DNA of 64,000 nucleotides. Origin: a candidate division FCPU426 bacterium (lineage in GTDB: Bacteria > Oederibacteriota > Muellerivitia > Muellerivitales > Muellerivitaceae). The stretch lies in assembly GCA_963719085.1 (NCBI GenBank), contig CAVRAL010000004.1:1120001-1184000 (forward strand). The letters are read 5' to 3'. Shown here piece after piece: positions 56,590 to 64,000 of the stretch (position 1 is the first letter of the stretch; each line of letters starts with the position of its first letter). Below the pieces are notes generated by a model. The model was not told where the DNA came from and searched no databases. It saw only the letters and a program-made list of their open reading frames with translations. Position numbers and translations under genes: made by a program.

Positions 56590-59256
56590 TCAGGCTTTAG
56601 GTTCCAGTGGGAGCGAGAATTGAAACACCGCGCCGCCGCCGGGCCGGTTGAAGGCCTCGATTTTTCCCTCGTGCAGGTCCAGGATTCCCTTGCAAACCGA
56701 AAGCCCCAAACCGGTTCCGCCTGCCAGGCGCTGGGCTTGGCCCCGGTAAAATTTATCGAAGACATGCGCCAAATCCTCCTCGTTCAATCCCGGGCCGCGG
56801 TCGAATACCTTGAGGGTCATCCAAGCGCCCTCCATTCCGACGGATAACTCAACGGGCGATGGGTCGGGGGTGTATTTGAGCGCGTTGTCCAAAAGATTAA
56901 CCAATACCTGCTCGATTAAAAGGCCGTCCATGGGGACGGCGGGCAGATCCTGGCGGGCCCGGATCTCAACGGTCCGCGAGCCGACTTGTTTTTCCAGCCG
57001 CCCCAACGCCGAGCCGATAATCTCGTTGATGTGGGTCTTTTCTTTTTTCGCCCGGATAGCGCCGGACTCGAGCCGCGTCATTTCGAGCAGGTTATTGACC
57101 AAACGGTTGAGCCTTTCCGATTCGCCGAAAATATTCTCTAAAAGTTCGTCCTGGGTCTTTTGGTCCATGCTTTTCCGGTTTTCCAAAAGACTGCTGGCCG
57201 AGCCCGCGATGGCGGCCAGCGGCGTGCGCAGGTCGTGGGAAACGGAGCTTAAGAGGGAACTGCGGAGCTTTTCGGTTTCCATGAGCACTTGGGTTTGCTT
57301 TTGTTTTTGTTCCAGCCGGTCGCTGGCCACGGCCAGGGCGCTTTGGTGGGCGAAGGCCTCCAGCAGGTGCAATTGTTCGGGGATGAAAAGCCGTTCCGGA
57401 TCCCGGGGTTTGACGCCCAGCGCCCCTACGGGCTCCCCGGAAGCCAGGAGCGGCACGTAAAGCGCCTCCGAGGCCGGCAAGGTATCCGTGCCGCGGCCGG
57501 CCACTTGGCCCAGGTCATAAGACCAATGGGCCACCCCCATTTCCTTGGCCGAAAGGGTGAAGTCCTCGCGGCTCCCGCACTGGACCTCCAATCGGCCATG
57601 GTCGTCGGGAAGCAAGGCGATGACATCGCTCTCAAAAACTTCCGCGATGTGGTTCACCGCGATCCTCAATAACTCTTGGGTGCCACGGTTGCCCGCCAAT
57701 TCCCGGGACAGGGCGTAAAGCGCGGCGGTCCGGCGCTCCCGGAGCCTTGAAAGTTTCGCCTGCCGCCTGACCCGCACCGTCAGGTTGCTGATGGAAAGGC
57801 CCACCAACAGCATGACCAGGAACATAAAAATGTACTGGGTGTCGGATACGGCGAAAGAAAAGCGGGGCGGCACGAAAAAGAAATCAAAGGCGATGACGCT
57901 TAAAAAAGAAGCCAGGGTGGAGGGGCCCAGGCTGAGCCTTGAGGAAACCGCCAGGATGCCCAAAAGATAAACCATGATGAGGTTGGCCAGGTCCACATGG
58001 GGGAAGAGCAGCCACGCCAGGCCCGTGCTGGCCAGCACGGATAGAACCGCCCCAAGATAAGGGAAGGGGTCCAGCGGTTTGGTTCCCGGAAGCGGGCGGG
58101 CGGGCGTTGAGTTTTTTTCCGTTCCGCTTTGGGTGACATAAATATCGATTTCGCCGCTGTCCCGAAGTAAAAGATCCACCGGGGAGGGTTTTAGGATGCG
58201 CCGCCAAAGCGAGGCCGAGGGTTTTCCGATGACGATCTGGGTGACGTTGCGCTCCCGGGCGTAGTTGAGGACTTCCTCGGCGAAGTTTTGCCCGCTGAGG
58301 GTGGCGGTCTCGGCGCCCAATTGCTCGGCCAGGCGCAAGTGCGCCACGGCTTGAGCCCGGGCTTCCTTGGAAAGGGCCGGCGCGGGGGTTTCCACCGTCA
58401 CCGCGATCCATTCGGATTTCAAGCCCTTGGCCATCCGGTGGGTGGTGCGTACCAGGCCGGCGGAGGCGGGGTTGGGGCCCACGCAAACCATCAGGCGCTC
58501 GCTGGTGGCCCAAGTCTGGGTGATGGCCTGGTCCTTACGGTAATCCTGCACCTGGTCATTGACCCGGTCGGCGGTGCGGCGCAGGGCGATTTCCCGAAGC
58601 GCGGTCAGGTTTCCTTTGCGGAAAAAGTTTTTCAGCGCCCTTTGCGCCTGTTCGGGCGCGTAGACCTTGCCCTCGGCCAGACGTTTTAAAAGATCGTCCG
58701 GCGGCAGGTCCACCAGTTCGACCTCGTCGGCCTCCTCCAAAACCGAGTCCGGCAGGGTTTCCCGCACCACCACGCCCGTGATCCGGGCCACGATGTCGTT
58801 GAGGCTTTCCAGATGCTGGACATTGAGGGTGGTGTAGACGTCGATGCCGCTGTCTAAAATTTCCAAAACGTCCTGCCAGCGCTTGGGGTGGCGGGTCCCT
58901 TTGGCGTTGGTATGGGCCAGTTCGTCGACTAAAAGAAGGCGGGGTTTCCGCTTCAGCGCCAAGTCCAGGTCGAATTCCCGCAGTTGGGTCCCATGGTATT
59001 CGACCGAAAGCGCGGGCAGAATTTCCAGGCCTTCCAACAGGGAGGCGGTTTCCCGGCGCCCGTGGGTTTCCACGATCCCCACCGCCACATCCACGCCGGC
59101 GGCCTTTTGGGCCCGGGCCGCTTCCAGCATGGCGTAGGTTTTCCCCACGCCGGGCGAGGCGCCGAAAAAGACCTTCAGCTTACCCCGGGATTTTTTTTGT
59201 TCCTCGGCCTTGACGCGGGACAGCAGGGCGTCCGGATCGGGTCTTTTGTTATTCAT
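56590..59256 (-). CDS. kdpD: Sensor histidine kinase KdpD
   Basis: GASPGVGKTYAML, LVDELAHTN, Usp domain, 4 TM, GAF, SHDLRTPL, HATPase. Confidence 0.97.
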   Translation of the reverse strand: MNNKRPDPDALLSRVKAEEQKKSRGKLKVFFGASPGVGKTYAMLEAARAQKAAGVDVAVGIVETHGRRETASLLEGLEILPALSVEYHGTQLREFDLDLALKRKPRLLLVDELAHTNAKGTRHPKRWQDVLEILDSGIDVYTTLNVQHLESLNDIVARITGVVVRETLPDSVLEEADEVELVDLPPDDLLKRLAEGKVYAPEQAQRALKNFFRKGNLTALREIALRRTADRVNDQVQDYRKDQAITQTWATSERLMVCVGPNPASAGLVRTTHRMAKGLKSEWIAVTVETPAPALSKEARAQAVAHLRLAEQLGAETATLSGQNFAEEVLNYARERNVTQIVIGKPSASLWRRILKPSPVDLLLRDSGEIDIYVTQSGTEKNSTPARPLPGTKPLDPFPYLGAVLSVLASTGLAWLLFPHVDLANLIMVYLLGILAVSSRLSLGPSTLASFLSVIAFDFFFVPPRFSFAVSDTQYIFMFLVMLLVGLSISNLTVRVRRQAKLSRLRERRTAALYALSRELAGNRGTQELLRIAVNHIAEVFESDVIALLPDDHGRLEVQCGSREDFTLSAKEMGVAHWSYDLGQVAGRGTDTLPASEALYVPLLASGEPVGALGVKPRDPERLFIPEQLHLLEAFAHQSALAVASDRLEQKQKQTQVLMETEKLRSSLLSSVSHDLRTPLAAIAGSASSLLENRKSMDQKTQDELLENIFGESERLNRLVNNLLEMTRLESGAIRAKKEKTHINEIIGSALGRLEKQVGSRTVEIRARQDLPAVPMDGLLIEQVLVNLLDNALKYTPDPSPVELSVGMEGAWMTLKVFDRGPGLNEEDLAHVFDKFYRGQAQRLAGGTGLGLSVCKGILDLHEGKIEAFNRPGGGAVFQFSLPLEPKA

Positions 59257-59283
59257 GGCTAAAACCTACCCCAAAATCTTGTT

Positions 59284-59364
59284 AACCACAGATTCACGCG
59301 GATGAATCGAAAGAGAAAAAGAAATTCGTGCTTTTTAAAGCCTTGTCCAAGCGCATCGGTGGTT
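59284..59364. repeat. Degenerate palindromic repeat (AACCACAGAT family)
   Basis: AACCACAGATTCACGCGGATGAA ... GCGCATCGGTGGTT. Confidence 0.55.
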
Positions 59365-59380
59365 CCACATGATTTTAGCT

Positions 59381-59971
59381 TTATTTTGAAGATAAAGCGT
59401 CCAGGGCCAAGTTTAATTTCAACACGTTCACGCCTGGATCGCCGATGACGCCCAGCCACCTTCCCCGGGTATTTTGGGCGATCAGGGATTCCACCTGGGA
59501 AAGTTCCAGGCGGCGGATTTTAGCGACGCGCCCGGCCTGATATTCGGCCGCCGCGGGGCTGATCTCCGGGTCCAGACCTGAGCCGGAAGCCGTGACCAAA
59601 TCCATGGGCACGGGGGCTTGATGACCGGGGTCAGCTTTGCGAAGGGCGTCGACCCGCCCCTTGACCGCGTCCAAAAGAGCCTGGTTGGTAGGTCCCAGGT
59701 TCGAGCCGCTGGAAGCGGCCGCGTTATAACCCGTGGGACTGGTGGCGCTGGGCCGGCTCCAGAAATACTTGGGGTCGTCGAAAGTCTGGCCGATGAGTTC
59801 GGACCCGACGGTTTGGCCCTTGATTTGGATCAGGCTGCCAGCCGCTTGATGGGGAAAAAGAACCTGCCCTAAGACCGTGACGAGGCCCGGATACAAGAAT
59901 CCGGTGAGGATCGTGAAGGCCGCCAAAAAAACGGCGGATAAGCGAATTTGGGTTCCGATTTCTTTAAACAT
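59381..59971 (-). CDS. kdpC: Potassium-transporting ATPase subunit C
   Basis: [48 protein letters not shown]. Confidence 0.96.
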   Translation of the reverse strand: MFKEIGTQIRLSAVFLAAFTILTGFLYPGLVTVLGQVLFPHQAAGSLIQIKGQTVGSELIGQTFDDPKYFWSRPSATSPTGYNAAASSGSNLGPTNQALLDAVKGRVDALRKADPGHQAPVPMDLVTASGSGLDPEISPAAAEYQAGRVAKIRRLELSQVESLIAQNTRGRWLGVIGDPGVNVLKLNLALDALSSK

Positions 59972-59986
59972 TTTCGTCTCCTTTTT

Positions 59987-60146
59987 TTACATGGATCAAC
60001 GCGGATGAACGCTGATAAAAGATTCCGAAATTCCATGTTTTTTTAAAATCCGCGTTCGCGTCGCTTCTCCGTATAACAGTTAGGGGAGAGCGACATTGCC
60101 CCGGGTATCTTTGACTTCGATTGGAATCCTGGGACATCATTGTTAA
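59987..60146. repeat. Composite palindromic repeat (ACAATGATG family with cassette)
   Basis: AACGCGGATGAACGCTGAT..ATCCGCGTT, GTCGCT..AGCGAC, ATTG, CCCGGG..CCTGGG, CATCATTGTTAA. Confidence 0.8.
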
Positions 60147-60152
60147 TGATCC

Positions 60153-62225
60153 TTAAACCCAGCCGAAGGCCGATAAAACCATGTCGATCAGTTTGATGCC
60201 CGCGAAGGGCACCACCAGGCCGCCTAACCCGTAAATGAGAGAGTTGTTCCAGAGCAGTTTCGAGGCCGAGGCGGGGCGGTACCGGACACCCCGCAGGGCC
60301 AGCGGGACCAGAAAGACAATGATGAGGGCGTTAAAGATGACCGCCGACAAGATGGCGCTTTGGGGTGTGGCGAGCCGCATGATGTTCAAGGCGCCCAATT
60401 CCGGGTAGGTCAGGGCGAAAGCCGCCGGCAGGATGGCGAAGTATTTTGCCACATCATTGGCGATGGAAAAAGTCGTCAGGGACCCCCGGGTCATGAGAAG
60501 TTGTTTTCCGATCCTCACGATTTCAATCAGTTTGGTGGGATTGGAATCCAGGTCCACCATGTTGCCCGCTTCCTTGGCGGCCTGGGTGCCGGTGTTCATG
60601 GCCACCGCCACGTCGGCCTGGGCCAGGGCCGGGGCGTCGTTGGTGCCGTCGCCGGCCATGGCCACCAGCCGGCCTCCGGCCTGCGAATCCCGGATGAGCT
60701 TGAGCTTGGCCTCGGGCGTGGCTTGGGCCAAAAAGTCGTCCACGCCGGCCTCGGCCGCGATGGCGGCGGCGGTGAGAGGATTGTCCCCGGTGATCATGAT
60801 GGTTTTAATCCCCATCCGCCGAAGCTCGGCGAAGCGCTCTTGGATGCCGCCCTTCACGATGTCCTTCAATTGAATAACGCCCAATACTTTTTTCCCGTCG
60901 GCCACGACCAAGGGCGTCCCGCCCAATCGGGAAATGGATTCCGCGCCGCGGCGCACGTCGTCCGGGTAATGGCCGCCTTGTTCCTGAACATAGTGTTCGA
61001 TGGACTCCGCGGCGCCCTTGCGGATGGACCGCTTGCCGATGTCCATGCCGCTCATGCGGGTTTGGGCGGTAAAGGGCACGAAGGTGGCGGCCAACTCCTT
61101 CATTTCACGCCCCCGAAGCCCGTATTTTTCCTTGGCCAACACCACGATACTGCGCCCTTCGGGGGTCTCGTCCGCCAGCGACGAAAGTTGGGCCGCTTCG
61201 GCCAATTCAGCCATGGTGACGCCTTCGGTCGGAATCAGCTCGGTGGCTTGGCGGTTGCCTAAGGTGATGGTTCCGGTTTTATCCAACAGCAAAATGTCCA
61301 CATCGCCGGCGGCTTCGACCGCCCGGCCGGAGAGCGCGATGACATTGGCTTGGATCATCCGGTCCATTCCGGCGATACCGATGGCGGACAGAAGTCCCCC
61401 GATCGTGGTGGGGGCCAAGCATACGAAAAGAGCCACCAATACGGTGACCGTGACCACCTTCCCGGCGCCCGAAACGAGGACGCTGTAGATCGAATAGGGA
61501 AGCAGGGTGGCGCAAACCACCAAAAAGACCAGGGTCATGGCCGCCAGCAAAATATTAAGGGCGATTTCATTGGGGGTCTTTTGGCGTTTGGCGCCCTCCA
61601 CCATGGAAATCATGCGGTCCAAAAAGGATTCGCCCGGATTGGAAGAGATGCGCACAATCAGCCAGTCGGAGATCACCCGTGTGCCGCCGGTGACGGCATT
61701 GCGGTCGCCGCCGGCTTCGCGCACCACGGGAGCGCTTTCGCCCGTAATGGCGCTTTCATCCACCATGGCGACTCCGACAACCGCCTCGCCGTCCCCGGGA
61801 ATAAAGTCCCCGGCCTCCACCAGCACCAGGTCATCCTTGCGCAGGTCGCCGGATAAAACTTCTTGAAGGGGGGAATCTTTTTTAGCTTCCTTCAATTTTT
61901 TAGCCTTCACCTGCTGGCGTGACTGGCGCAGGGTATCGGCCTGGGCCTTGCCCCGCCCCTCGGCCATGGCTTCGGCGAAATTGGCGAAGAGGACCGTGAA
62001 CCAAAGCCAGAGGGAGACGGTGAAGATGAAGCCGGGCGCCGCTTCCCCATGGCCCCCGAGGGCCTGGAGCCAAAGGCCGGTGGTGAGGATACTGCCCACG
62101 TAAACCGTGAACATGACCGGATTTTTGACCATGTGGCGGGGGTCCAATTTTTTGAAAGAGTCCCCGATGGCCCGGCGGGTAATTTTGGGGTCGAAAAGCG
62201 GTTTGTGTTGGGTTGGTTCGTTCAT
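60153..62225 (-). CDS. kdpB: Potassium-transporting ATPase subunit B
   Basis: [35 protein letters not shown]. Confidence 0.98.
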   Translation of the reverse strand: MNEPTQHKPLFDPKITRRAIGDSFKKLDPRHMVKNPVMFTVYVGSILTTGLWLQALGGHGEAAPGFIFTVSLWLWFTVLFANFAEAMAEGRGKAQADTLRQSRQQVKAKKLKEAKKDSPLQEVLSGDLRKDDLVLVEAGDFIPGDGEAVVGVAMVDESAITGESAPVVREAGGDRNAVTGGTRVISDWLIVRISSNPGESFLDRMISMVEGAKRQKTPNEIALNILLAAMTLVFLVVCATLLPYSIYSVLVSGAGKVVTVTVLVALFVCLAPTTIGGLLSAIGIAGMDRMIQANVIALSGRAVEAAGDVDILLLDKTGTITLGNRQATELIPTEGVTMAELAEAAQLSSLADETPEGRSIVVLAKEKYGLRGREMKELAATFVPFTAQTRMSGMDIGKRSIRKGAAESIEHYVQEQGGHYPDDVRRGAESISRLGGTPLVVADGKKVLGVIQLKDIVKGGIQERFAELRRMGIKTIMITGDNPLTAAAIAAEAGVDDFLAQATPEAKLKLIRDSQAGGRLVAMAGDGTNDAPALAQADVAVAMNTGTQAAKEAGNMVDLDSNPTKLIEIVRIGKQLLMTRGSLTTFSIANDVAKYFAILPAAFALTYPELGALNIMRLATPQSAILSAVIFNALIIVFLVPLALRGVRYRPASASKLLWNNSLIYGLGGLVVPFAGIKLIDMVLSAFGWV

Positions 62226-62238
62226 TTTATTCTCCTAA

Positions 62239-64000
62239 TTAGAATGAGAGGTGCATCATTTTTAAGTGCTCAACAATGGGTCCCAGGGCCAGGGCGGGCA
62301 GGAAGTTCAAACCACCCACCAAAAGGACGGTTAACACCAGCATCACGATGAAAAGCGGCGTGTGGGTGGGAAGGGTTCCCGCGCTGGGCGGTGAAATTTT
62401 CTTCTTCGCCAAACTTCCGGCCAAGGCCAGGATGGGAATGGCCAGCCAGAAACGGCCGAGGAACATGGCGACCCCGCCCAGCAGGTTATAAAAGGGCGTG
62501 TTCCCGGTCAGCCCCCCAAAGGCGCTGCCGTTGTTGTTGGATTGGGAGGTGAAGGCGTAAAGGATTTCGCTAAAGCCATGGGGCCCCGGGTTTTCCGGAG
62601 CCGCTTGCCCCGCGGCCGTGACCACGGCCACCGCGGTGGTCACCAGGGTCAAGAGGGGCGGGATCAGGATCATGATCGAGGCCATCTTCATCTCATAAGA
62701 CTGGATTTTTTTGCCCAGGTACTCCGGGGTGCGGCCCACCATGAGCCCCGCCACGAAAACCGCCACGATGACAAAGGCCAGCATGCCGTAAAGGCCGGAG
62801 CCGACCCCGCCGAAGGAAACCTCTCCCAGCATGATCATCCAAAGCGGCACTAAGCCGCCCATCGGCGTGAAGGAATCATGCATGGCGTTCACCGAGCCGT
62901 TGGAAGCGGCGGTGGTGACGGAAGCCCAAAGGGCCGAGCCCGCGATCCCGAAACGGACTTCTTTTCCTTCCATATTTCCGTCGCGCAAGGAAGACCCGTC
63001 TTGGCCCAAGGTGAGATGGTTGAGGGCGGGGTTTCCCGATTGCTCGGAGGCCACGCATAAATAAAGCATGGGAGCCAGCAGCAGGAACATGGCGGACAGG
63101 ATGGCCCAGCCTTGGCGGCGGTCCCCGACCATCACCCCGTAGGTGTAGCAGAGGGACGCCGGAATAAGCAGGATGGTCAAGAGTTCCAAAAAGTCGGTGA
63201 GGGGCGTTGGATTCTCAAAGGGGTGGGCCGAATTGACGTTGAAAAAGCCGCCGCCATTGGTGCCCAGCATTTTGATGGCTTCCTGCGAGGCCACCGGTCC
63301 CACCGCGATAGATTGCTGGGTGACAGGGATGGAAGTGGTTTGGGGCTTTCCATTTAGTGTTACTGGAACACCCTGGGCATTCGTGACCGGTTGGTCATAA
63401 GAAGTGGGTTGAACCAGGGCGGCATTGGGATAGGCGCTGAAGGTTTGGGGTACCCCCTGTTGAATTAGTACAAGCCCATAAAAAAGGCTCAGGGGCAAAA
63501 GGATGTAGAGGGCGCCCCGGGTCATATCCACCCAAAAATTTCCCAGTTGGCGGGTTTCTTTCCGGGAGATGCCCCGAATGAGCGCCGCCAAAGTGGCCAT
63601 GCCGGAAGCCGCGCAGAGGAAATTATGGACGGCCAGGCCGGCCATTTGGGTGAGATAGCTCATGGTCGACTCGCCGCCATAGTTTTGCCAGTTGGTATTG
63701 GTGATGAAGCTGATGGCGGTGTTGAAGGACAGGTCGGGAGTCACGGCCCCTTGCCCCGCCGGATTCAGGAAAAGAAATGACTGAAGCCGCATCAGGCCGT
63801 ATAAAACCAAGCCGCCGACCAGGTTGAAGACCAGCATGGCGAGGGCGTAAGTTTTCCAGTCCATCTCCTCGCCGGATTTCACCCCGCCCAGGCGGTAAAT
63901 GAAATTTTCCAGCGGGCCCAGCCAGCGGGCGGCCCAGAAGGGTTTGTTTTCGTAAACCCGGGCCATATAGAGGCCTAAGGGTTTCACCAGCGCGAGCAAA
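62239..64000 (-). CDS. kdpA: Potassium-transporting ATPase subunit A (5'-truncated by window edge)
   Basis: SFITNTNWQ, LGTNGGGFF, SNGSVN, GRTPEYLGKK, NNGSAFGG. Confidence 0.97.
   Translation of the reverse strand, partial: LLALVKPLGLYMARVYENKPFWAARWLGPLENFIYRLGGVKSGEEMDWKTYALAMLVFNLVGGLVLYGLMRLQSFLFLNPAGQGAVTPDLSFNTAISFITNTNWQNYGGESTMSYLTQMAGLAVHNFLCAASGMATLAALIRGISRKETRQLGNFWVDMTRGALYILLPLSLFYGLVLIQQGVPQTFSAYPNAALVQPTSYDQPVTNAQGVPVTLNGKPQTTSIPVTQQSIAVGPVASQEAIKMLGTNGGGFFNVNSAHPFENPTPLTDFLELLTILLIPASLCYTYGVMVGDRRQGWAILSAMFLLLAPMLYLCVASEQSGNPALNHLTLGQDGSSLRDGNMEGKEVRFGIAGSALWASVTTAASNGSVNAMHDSFTPMGGLVPLWMIMLGEVSFGGVGSGLYGMLAFVIVAVFVAGLMVGRTPEYLGKKIQSYEMKMASIMILIPPLLTLVTTAVAVVTAAGQAAPENPGPHGFSEILYAFTSQSNNNGSAFGGLTGNTPFYNLLGGVAMFLGRFWLAIPILALAGSLAKKKISPPSAGTLPTHTPLFIVMLVLTVLLVGGLNFLPALALGPIVEHLKMMHLSF

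Noticed and set aside
55829..64000. kdpABCDE as a novel system
   Set aside because: Canonical gene order and domain content; only the intergenic repeats are unusual.

Overview
Moderately GC-rich bacterial chromosomal window. It carries a housekeeping backbone (sucC'-sucD; ispG-proS; polC-rimP-nusA-infB-rbfA-nrnA-truB-ribF-rpsO-pnp; TPR-ispE; tRNA-Gln; kdpA'BCDE). Interspersed accessory genes include two secreted glycoside hydrolases and a large surface protein with Pro/Thr linkers and T9SS/FlgD-like C-terminal domains, a tandem pair of DUF1207-like proteins, glycosyltransferases, flavoenzymes and one AT-rich orphan. PolC, a GT9 heptosyltransferase and PT-linker/CTD exoproteins together suggest a diderm, poorly studied lineage (FCPU426/Goldbacteria-like; inference only). 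Most notable signals: (1) a Zn-ribbon/TPR sigma54 activator followed by enhancer-like palindromes, a canonical -24/-12 promoter and an ~88-nt ORF-less terminated RNA carrying an 11-nt anti-Shine-Dalgarno tract; (2) a PolC lacking its proofreading exonuclease domain but with a complete PHP metal site; (3) about 15 intergenic palindromic repeats, several carrying the same covarying two-hairpin cassette and two overlapping predicted signal-peptide coding sequence; (4) three tandem, diverged copies of the yhiN 3' end separated by REP-like hairpins. No CRISPR array, integrase or transposase was found. All calls come from manual reading; no searches were run.
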